Source: Diplonema japonicum (lineage: Eukaryota; Protista; Euglenozoa: Diplonemea). Taken from it: DNA of 64,000 nucleotides. Below the pieces are notes generated by a model. That model was not told the origin of the DNA and made no database searches. It saw only the letters and a program-made list of their open reading frames with translations. This document shows positions 1-8,134 of this stretch, piece after piece. Position 1 is the stretch's first letter. Each line of letters starts with the position of its first letter. Position numbers and translations under genes: made by a program. Location of the stretch: positions 186,001-250,000 of the forward strand of contig OZ025682.1 in the NCBI GenBank assembly GCA_964019335.1, read 5' to 3'.

Positions 1-145
1 TTCTACTGCTACATGGTTGTGTTCTACACAGAGGGCATCCCCCCCAACCTCCTCCCCTTCCACGGCGAGCAGCAGAACTACTTCGTCCCCGGCGGGTTCC
101 CTCTTGGGGTATGCGGCAAAAAGCAACACGGGGGATAATAAGTAA

Positions 146-182
<37 letters not shown>

Positions 183-596
183 GCTTCTCTGTGAACGAGT
201 GCATTGAGATGCTGGGCAAGGCGCAGACCGCATTCTGGGTGTCGATTGTGATTGTGCAGTGGGGTGACATTCTGATCTGCAAGACCCGTAAGCTGTCGCT
301 GTTTGACCAGGGCATGAAGTATGTAGACGGGAAGTTGCCCCCCCTTTTTTTTTTATCCACCTTTTCTCCACAGGAACGACCAGCTGAACTTCGGTCTGTT
401 CTTCGAGACTGCGCTCGCCTGTGTTCTGGTGTACATCCCTGGTGTGAGGGCGGTCTTCGGTATCAAGAGACTGAGGTTCATCTACTGGCTGCCCGCCATC
501 CCCTTCTCCATCTTCATCGTCACATACGACGAGCTTAGGAAGTGGCTCATCAGGAACTACCCTGGTGGCTGGCTCGAGAGGAAGACTTACTGGTAG
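1..596 (+). CDS. P-type Na+/K+-ATPase alpha subunit, 3' end (5'-partial; exons <1-108, 182-318, 374-596)
   Basis: Splicing out 109-181 and 319-373 (GTATG...AG) gives ...[56 protein letters not shown]...[23 protein letters not shown]. This matches the TM8-TM10 and C-terminal KETYY-like tail of P2C ATPases. Confidence 0.93.
147..180 (+). repeat. (CA)17 microsatellite forming the 3' end of intron 109-181
   Basis: Read directly; its last A together with G181 forms the acceptor AG. Confidence 0.95.
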
Positions 597-1737
597 GTGT
601 AAACCCGATTTTTTTTTTTTTTTTTTTTTTTTTCCATTGTATTTTCTTTTTTTTTTTGTTCCTTCCCATACCCCCCAACCCTCATTTTTTTTTTCTGCGG
701 GAAAAATAAAGACTTTCTCCCCCCCTCCCACTCCTCCATTTTATGTTCTCGTTCGCCCACTACTCAGTTGCGAACCTATACCTTATTTCCATGCTTTTAC
801 TGCTCCTATGGCGGGTCTGGTATTTAGTATTATTTTCCCAAGTCTCTCACAGCCTCTCCCCCCCTTTTTTTTTCCTTCCTCTTTCCATTTATTTTCTTTT
901 TCACCCACCCCACCCACCCTCTTTATAGACTTTTACCCAAAAAGGAGGGACAGCTTCCACACCAATCCGTTGATACCAAAGAAAAAAGAAAAAAAGACCC
1001 CCCCCCACCTTCGAAAGAAACAAAATCACTTTTTTTTTAAAGGGAAAAACAAAAAGAAACTAGTTCTCCAATTTAATTTCAGGTCCACTTTCACCCATAT
1101 ATATTTTTCTTTTTCTTTTTTTTTTGACTGTAAAAACAACTCCGAAAACTACAGACGGATGAGGGGAGAAAAAAAAAAGAAAAAAGACGAAAAAGGGGGT
1201 TATGGTGCGCCTGCCCCTTTTTTATTTTTATTTTTTTTATTTCCCCTCTCTCGCCTTCTTTTCAACCCCCCTTCTACCCTTTTCCCTTATTCCCCTTTTT
1301 ATGTACCTGCGGTGTGGTCGCCCCCTCCTTTTTGTGTTCCTTCATTTCCCCTTATCCCGCCAGAGGCAGTGTGACAACAAGAAAAAAAGGGACTTCTTAA
1401 AAATAGGATTGACTTGTATTTTTAGCCCCCCCCCATGAAAGAAAAAAGGAGGTAACCAACAACAACATTATGCCGGAAAAAAAAAAAAGAACCGCTGCAG
1501 ACCCTGCTCTGCCACCATTTCCCGAGCCCCCCTTACCCCCCCCTCGTTTTTGTTTTTGTTTTATAACCCGCTTTTTTATTTTTCCTGTTTCCCTTCCTTT
1601 TTCTTTTTTTCATGTGTCTTTTTTATTCTATTTTCTCTCTTTTTTTTTTTCCGTTGAGAAACCTGTGTCACAACACCCAAAACAAAAAGGAACCTCTTTC
1701 TTCACAAAACCAAAACAACAACAAAAACAAAAACAAA

Positions 1738-2304
1738 ATGTCAAAGACCTCACTTATGGTGTTGATGCTGGCAGGAGCGGCGCAGGGATTCGGAGGGTGG
1801 CACCGCCGCCACATCGAGTTCACGACTTTCGCTGACGGGCGCCCCGACGGGGGGATCAGGCAGAGCGCTGACGTGGAAGACGGGTTGGACTCCCCTGGGG
1901 ACATCTTCGTCTTCGACCAGAAGCTCCTTGCGGACGACTCGTGCAAGACTGTGATCGGGAGGAATGCTGGGTACTGCATCAGGACGGACCCCGGGAAGCC
2001 CGACTGGAGCGGGAAGGACCACCCGAGCCTCCCCGACGACACCGAGAACAACTGGGGCCAGTGCACCTGGACCCTCACCTTCTACGAGGAGTCTGGCTAC
2101 GAGGGGACCCTCCAGGTCTCGGGGAGGGAGTCCGACATGCACACCTCGTACGTCTCCATCATTGGCGGGACTGGCGACTTCAAGGGGGCCAAGGGGGTCC
2201 TCGCAACCACTCCCGAACCCCTCCCCCAGCAGGGCATCCTCTTCAGGCAGGAACTCGACATCACCCTCCCCAGGACCTCCTACTCAGGCTGGAGCGGGAA
2301 CTGA
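1738..2304 (+). CDS. Secreted AOC-like/dirigent-like beta-barrel protein, paralog A copy 1 (188 aa)
   Basis: Signal peptide MSKTSLMVLMLAGAAQG. Motifs SPGDIFVFDQKL, GRNAGYCIRT, QCTWTLTF and SIIGGTGDFKGAKG are typical of the AOC/dirigent barrel. The ATG follows an A-rich leader. Confidence 0.78.
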   Translation: MSKTSLMVLMLAGAAQGFGGWHRRHIEFTTFADGRPDGGIRQSADVEDGLDSPGDIFVFDQKLLADDSCKTVIGRNAGYCIRTDPGKPDWSGKDHPSLPDDTENNWGQCTWTLTFYEESGYEGTLQVSGRESDMHTSYVSIIGGTGDFKGAKGVLATTPEPLPQQGILFRQELDITLPRTSYSGWSGN

Positions 2305-2775
2305 GGTGGGGGGACGGGACAACCACAAACTTTCTGAAATGATCGTTTTAAAATTTTTTGGAAAAAAAAAAAAAAAAAAAAATGACAACCGTGCGAAAAC
2401 ATTCCTCTCTGTTTTACTTATTTGCGACCGTAACCTTAATCTTGCTTCGTGCAAAACTGAGGAATTGCCGACTCAGAAGTGAGGCTGCGGCCCCCTTCTG
2501 TGGCGTCTTCCTTGGGTACTAGGCTTAAGATTTTCTATTTTATTCTCTTTTGATTCCCTTTTAGTTTTTTCCAACATGAAAAATAGGAAAGAAATGGTGT
2601 AAAATAAAGGGGGTAATAGGGGACAAACAAACCTATCCTCTGTTTCCTGTTCATCTCTGTTCTTTTCTTCCCATCTTTTAGTTTATTTCTTTTTCAGAAC
2701 ACGTTGATTCAATTGTACTAAAAAAAAAACTACCTGCACAGGCACCAACCCCTACACAAACCACACCCCACCACG

Positions 2776-3444
2776 ATGCCTGCCCTCAAACTTGTGTACT
2801 TCGAGCTCCCCGGACGTGCGGAACCTGCGCGACTCGCGTTCGCTGTGGGGGGTGTCGCCTTCGAGGACAAGAGGGTGTCTGGGGAGGAGTGGGGGATGAA
2901 GATCAAGCCGACTGTGGGACCGAAGCAGCTTCCGCTTCTGGATGTGGACGGGGAGGTGATAGGGCAGAGCAACGCGATCATGCGCTACGCGGGGAGTGTG
3001 TCGTCGTTGGGGGGAAAGCAGCTGTACCCGAAGGAGGCAGGGGAGGCGCTGAAGGTGGACGAGTTCTGCGACATTGTGGGGGAGGTGTTCGGTCCGCTCG
3101 GGAAGACCTTCGCGATCGAGGACGAGACTGAGAAGAAGGCGGCGCGGGCAGCGCTTGTGGCTGAGGGGGGCGACATCACGAAGTGGCTCGTCTTCATCGA
3201 CTCCCTCCTCGCGAAGTCCTCCTCTTCGTCAGGGTTCGCTGTCGGGGACTCCCTCACCATGGCAGACATCTGCGTCTTCACCGGACTGCAGCCCCTGAAG
3301 TCCGGCTGGCTCGACGGGATCCCCAAAGACTGCCTCGACAACTACTCCCACATCACGAAGCACGCACAGATGATCGCGAACATCCCTCAGGTGAAGGCAT
3401 ACTACAAGGATGCAACAGGGATCCATGCCGTCTACAAGGCATGA
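2776..3444 (+). CDS. Glutathione S-transferase, sigma-like, copy 1
   Basis: LKLVYFELPGRAEPARL (catalytic Tyr), QLPLL, IGQSNAIMRY, VGDSLTMADI. Confidence 0.92.
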   Translation: MPALKLVYFELPGRAEPARLAFAVGGVAFEDKRVSGEEWGMKIKPTVGPKQLPLLDVDGEVIGQSNAIMRYAGSVSSLGGKQLYPKEAGEALKVDEFCDIVGEVFGPLGKTFAIEDETEKKAARAALVAEGGDITKWLVFIDSLLAKSSSSSGFAVGDSLTMADICVFTGLQPLKSGWLDGIPKDCLDNYSHITKHAQMIANIPQVKAYYKDATGIHAVYKA

Positions 3445-3709
3445 TCGCTTGGTCTTTTGACAAGGTGGGGAAAGGGGGAAAAAAAGAACAAGAGAGTATT
3501 GGAATGGTGATGGTCACAAAAGGCTTCCTTCCTTTCTCTCTTGCCCCCCTCCCCTATTTTTTTTTGAAATAAGTAAAATGGAAGGCCACAAAGGCTTCCT
3601 TTTCTTGTCCTTTAAAAAGAGAAACGAAAACACAAACCAAGATAAATTCTGGTGGGAAAAAAAAAAAAAAAAAAAAAAAAAAAACGAAACCTCTCTTCTT
3701 TCCGCGTGG

Positions 3710-3742
<33 letters not shown>

Positions 3743-3877
3743 GTTCTCTCGCATTTGAACATGCTTTTCCGCACTCCATCCTCTTTCTTCTATCTACTTC
3801 TATTATTTCTTGTTTTTGAACGCGCTACTGTGAATTCAACGAATAAAAGACAAACAGCAAAGGAGTCCATGGAACCA

Positions 3878-4047
3878 CAACCCCCACCTTTCAACCTGTT
3901 CCCGGACCCCTCCATGTCCATGCAGGCGGGTGTGGAGGGGATATTCACCCACTACCTCTCACCACGCACTTCCTTGTTTGCAGCAACCCCCACCTTTCAA
4001 CCTGTTAATCGACCACTCCATGTCCATGCAGGCGGGTGTGGAGGGGA
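3878..4047 (+). repeat. Two ~64-bp direct repeats (period 106 bp), each with a hairpin; recurs in each amplification unit
   Basis: caacccccacctttcaacctgtt...ctccatgtccatgcaggcgggtgtggagggga at 3878 and 3984. Confidence 0.85.
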
Positions 4048-4255
4048 GAGTCAACCTGGCAGGACTTTAAGAGCGACCACAGTCTCTGGCCTGTCTGTGT
4101 GGTGAAATCTCAGTCTGAAAGTTTAAACGATAAAGTTTCAGTCTCAAGAAGGCCTCGTCCTGAGCCACCAACAGACATAAAGACACAAAGGAGAACAACA
4201 ACCACCACCACAAAGGGAGAAAAAAGAAAGAAGAAAAAAAAAAGTAAAAATTAAA

Positions 4256-4906
4256 ATGCCTGCTTCCGGTATCCTGTACGGCCACCCTGTGTCGCAGCCC
4301 TCGCGGTCGGTGCAGTGGTACCTCGACTACAGCGGGAACACAACTGTTGAGAGGAAGGTGGTAGATTTCATGATTGGAGAACAACGGCAGCCGGAGTACG
4401 TGGCGAAGTTCCCTGAGAAAGAAATACCAGGGTTCGAGATGGAGGACGGGTTCTGCTTTGCGGAGTCGATGGCGATCCTGAAGCACGTGTCTGCAGGGGA
4501 CGAGACGATGCAGCCGCAGACGGCGAAGGAGGAGGCGATCTTGAACGAGTACCTCGGGCGCCACTACTCGCAGGTGCGGAAGTTCTCATCGGATGTGTTC
4601 GTCCACCACCTCCTGACGAAGGACGAGGAGAAGAAGCAGGCTGGGCTCGTCACCATCAAGCCGCAGCTGGAGGCCTACAACGAGAAGCTCGGGAAGCAGA
4701 AGTACATCCTTGGCGACAACCTCACCCTTGCGGACTTCCTGTTCGCCCCTGAGGTGGACCAGATGGAGGTTGTTGGGAAGGAGGTCCTGGCCCCCTACCA
4801 GAACATCCTGAAGTACCTTGAACGCCTCACCACCGACGTCAAGGGTTACAAGGAGTGCATCGGGGGCATGAGGTCCGGACTTGAGGAGATGCTTAAAATG
4901 ATGTGA
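4256..4906 (+). CDS. Glutathione S-transferase, theta-like, copy 1
   Basis: LYGHPVSQPSRSV (theta-type catalytic Ser, SQP), FAESMAILKH, ILGDNLTLADFL. Confidence 0.9.
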   Translation: MPASGILYGHPVSQPSRSVQWYLDYSGNTTVERKVVDFMIGEQRQPEYVAKFPEKEIPGFEMEDGFCFAESMAILKHVSAGDETMQPQTAKEEAILNEYLGRHYSQVRKFSSDVFVHHLLTKDEEKKQAGLVTIKPQLEAYNEKLGKQKYILGDNLTLADFLFAPEVDQMEVVGKEVLAPYQNILKYLERLTTDVKGYKECIGGMRSGLEEMLKMM

Positions 4907-5499
4907 TGATGTGCGTTCCGTGACAGGGCCTCCACTGTCTGCATACCGGCATAGTATGCATGTCCTATGTGTGAATAGGTACCAGGCAGTGCGAAGCGAA
5001 ACCGCAAGCCATGAAGATGTCCAGTTTTTTATCCTTTCTTTGGCCTTAAGTTGCCCTTTGTTACTACGAAGGAGCTCACACATCTTTTTGAGCTTTCAAT
5101 ACGAACATTTGTTTTATCTCATTCGATGTAGCCAACTTTCGAAGGTGTCCCACTCCCTTTGGACGGATACCACTGGACGAATCCCTTGGATAACACAATG
5201 GTAGCACGGCGGTGGCGTTAAGTAGCCTAACTAATTTTTTTTTTTGCTGGAACAAGTAAACAAATTTTTGAAAAGAATTGTTATTGCAAAAAAGAGTAGA
5301 GGCAGCTTGCCCGTTTACCCCTACTGTAGGTGAAAACGGCTTGCACAAACAATCAGCCGACTCTTTTTTTCTCTCTCTCCCTCTCCTCTTTCTTTCCGCT
5401 CTCTCTCTCGGGAATATATTATGCATATTGGGTTTTCCCACTAAACGCGACAAAATATGGGAATAGAAGAGGGAAGGGGGGGGTCACGGTTAAGAAAAA

Positions 5500-7776
5500 A
5501 TGAAGTCCCTCACAATGGCGATCCTATCAGTGTGTTGCATTTCGGTGAAATCGCAACAAACCGTGTGGACTGATGTACGGACTCTGCAGATAAGAGGGAG
5601 GGCATTTGACGTGGATGAGCTGGGCAGCTGGGCAGACCGCCTTCCAGCAAAAGCGGAAGGAGTAGTGCGAGGGCCTGTGTGGTCCCTGTCCAGGGACAGC
5701 GCAGGCATGTATGTGGACTTTATAACTGACAGTCGCAACATAACACTGAACACGACTTACGTGAACAACCCTGGTACCATGTACCACTTTTCAGCGTCGG
5801 GAATCAATGGGCTTGATCTGTTTCAATGGGACGCACCCAACAGCACATGGCGGTGGGTGGGGACCACGAAAAACCAAGCTGATCGTACAGAAATCCAACC
5901 CATCCTGAACAGGCCTGAAACCCCCTCTGTCCAGCATAAATATCGGCTTCACTTCCCACTATACAACGGGGTCTTAAAACTTTCCATCGGAACCGACAAA
6001 GGTGCTACAATCTCACCAGCGCCTGTACAGTACGAGCAGCCGCCTGTAATTTGGTACGGAACGTCCATCACGCAGGGCGGGGTGGTGTCGAGGCCTGGGT
6101 TTGCCTTCACGAACAACATAATGAGGAACATCGGGAGGGAGATATTCAACTTCGGGTTCTCCGGGAACTGTTTGATGGAGATCGATGTCGCGCAGTACCT
6201 TGTCACGGTGAAGCCGACACCCGCTTTGTTCATCATCGACTGCGAGTGGAACATGAACCCGCAGATGGTCGCAGAGAGAACAATCCCTTTGGTAAACTTC
6301 ATCAGGGCTAAGCTTCCCAATACACCAATCGTTCTTGTAGAGGGGACACCGGGTGGCGACGCGTGGATCAATTCCGCATCGATCGCACGGCAAAGCTCTA
6401 TGTGGTCCACCCTACGCGAGCAGTACGACATCCTTCTCAAGAACACATCACAGCTTCACTATGTAACAGGCCCCGGACTTTACGAAAAGGCCGGAGGTCC
6501 TGCCGTGAACCCCACTGTAGCAGGCACGCACCCATCCGATTTGGGGCAAGCTTCGATGACCGATTTCTATACAAAATATCTCCCAACGATTCTGAAGAAC
6601 AACGACGTGAATAAAACTGTGGGGGAGGCTAACACGAAGCTTGGAAAGGTCAAAGAAACCACGGAGCTGGAAAGACGGTATCACAATGAGATTCTTTTGG
6701 AGATGGTGGAAGCAACGTCGATTCCCATCAGTGCAACTACCACATACTACAACGTAGAGAGCACCGTCGGTGTGATGGGCCGCGCCTTCAATGGAACCGA
6801 ACGTTGGTATAACAGGCTACCGTTGTCTGCAAAGCAAGCCGTCCCGGAGGGTGTTTACAATGCAGCGGTGAGAAGCGCCGGGATGTCTGTTCACTTTGTG
6901 ACAAATTCGTCTTCGGTGGCCGTAAACTTCACCTTTCAAGACAAGGTTGTTCCTCGATGGGACATGCCTGACACAGCGGCATCGGGTCTTGACCTCTACA
7001 GGTACGATCCGTCTGGAAAAGCTTTCAGAAGTGTGAGATGTGCGACATCGTGGCCGTCGAGCACTCCTGTCGTTATCGATGAAAATCTGCCCGTTGGAAG
7101 TGCTGAAAGATATGTTTTGTATCTACCGGTTTTGAATGAAGTGACGAAGCTTTCCATTGGCGTTGATTCTGGTTCCGTGTTCGAGGTGGACACAGACTTC
7201 AATACAGTCGATAGTATTACCGCTTACGGGAAAAAACCGATATTATGGCTCGGCACCGGAACGGAGCAAGGGTTTGCCGTCTCGCGTCCTGGAAACGTTT
7301 TCACCAGCATTCTGTCTAGAAACCTCCAACGGTACGTTTTGAATTTTGGGTTTGAAACGGCAAAGATGGATGTTTCCGTTGCAGGGTACGCGGCTCAGAT
7401 AGACGCTGATCTCATTGTGATAGACTGTTTGGCTGATATGACACCTGAAGAGATTTCGGAACAAACATCTCCTTATGTTAAATATCTCAGGGCTCATGGA
7501 CACCCCACTACCCCCATCCTCCTCGTTGCTGGGACGGTCTACGGTGATTATTGGTTGAACCCCGGTCCCAACACTGACAAACGTGATGCGCTTCAGCAGC
7601 AGTTTGAGTCGCTCAGCCATTCTGACCCCAATGTACATGTATTCCTCAATGAGCACAACCAGCTTTTCTCCTCAGATTGGATGGTGAATCCCACTGTCGG
7701 TGGGGCAGATCCGTCGGACCTCGGCCACCGCGAGATGGCAAAATTCTATACCGCTTTTTTGCCGCAATTCTTTTAG
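5500..7776 (+). CDS. Secreted tandem SGNH/GDSL-like hydrolase (2 x [GxDLY N-domain + SGNH domain]), copy 1
   Basis: Signal peptide; GLDLF and GLDLY; WYGTSITQG, NFGFSGN, GTHPSDLG. Clear internal duplication of about 400 aa. Confidence 0.88.
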   Translation: MKSLTMAILSVCCISVKSQQTVWTDVRTLQIRGRAFDVDELGSWADRLPAKAEGVVRGPVWSLSRDSAGMYVDFITDSRNITLNTTYVNNPGTMYHFSASGINGLDLFQWDAPNSTWRWVGTTKNQADRTEIQPILNRPETPSVQHKYRLHFPLYNGVLKLSIGTDKGATISPAPVQYEQPPVIWYGTSITQGGVVSRPGFAFTNNIMRNIGREIFNFGFSGNCLMEIDVAQYLVTVKPTPALFIIDCEWNMNPQMVAERTIPLVNFIRAKLPNTPIVLVEGTPGGDAWINSASIARQSSMWSTLREQYDILLKNTSQLHYVTGPGLYEKAGGPAVNPTVAGTHPSDLGQASMTDFYTKYLPTILKNNDVNKTVGEANTKLGKVKETTELERRYHNEILLEMVEATSIPISATTTYYNVESTVGVMGRAFNGTERWYNRLPLSAKQAVPEGVYNAAVRSAGMSVHFVTNSSSVAVNFTFQDKVVPRWDMPDTAASGLDLYRYDPSGKAFRSVRCATSWPSSTPVVIDENLPVGSAERYVLYLPVLNEVTKLSIGVDSGSVFEVDTDFNTVDSITAYGKKPILWLGTGTEQGFAVSRPGNVFTSILSRNLQRYVLNFGFETAKMDVSVAGYAAQIDADLIVIDCLADMTPEEISEQTSPYVKYLRAHGHPTTPILLVAGTVYGDYWLNPGPNTDKRDALQQQFESLSHSDPNVHVFLNEHNQLFSSDWMVNPTVGGADPSDLGHREMAKFYTAFLPQFF

Positions 7777-8134
7777 ACAGCGGTTAAATAGAAAATAAAA
7801 GCGAACGTTTGCTTCTTTTTGTTTAAAGTGCGTGACTGTTCACACCCGTTGACGAAAGACGTATGTGCCTCATTGTGCCCATAAAAGAATTTTTTCCCCT
7901 CAGTCGGCTGAATAATGTCAGGGGGGGAGGGGGGGGCGGTAAAGCGCTGTTTCCTTTATCCTCCTCCTTTCTTTTTACCTTTTTTTATTGCCGCTCTGAT
8001 CGTCTTGTAGTTTTCCTTTTTTTTTATTTCGTTTTTTTTTATTTTTGTTTAGTTTGTGGAGAAAACAGCAACCCCGTCACACAGTAACCAACTACAAAAA
8101 CCCCCCTCTCGGGAAAAAAAAGAGAAGAAAAAGA

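Noticed and set aside
565-1470. Poly-Phe/poly-Lys ORFs in spacers throughout the window
   Set aside because: They are translations of T and A homopolymer tracts with no protein-like content.
8045-8134. N-terminal extensions in the ORF track (e.g. 8045, 1612, 10976, 26148, 33875, 45369, 52200)
   Set aside because: Most start at non-ATG codons and run through low-complexity leaders. Homology or signal peptides begin at the downstream ATG.
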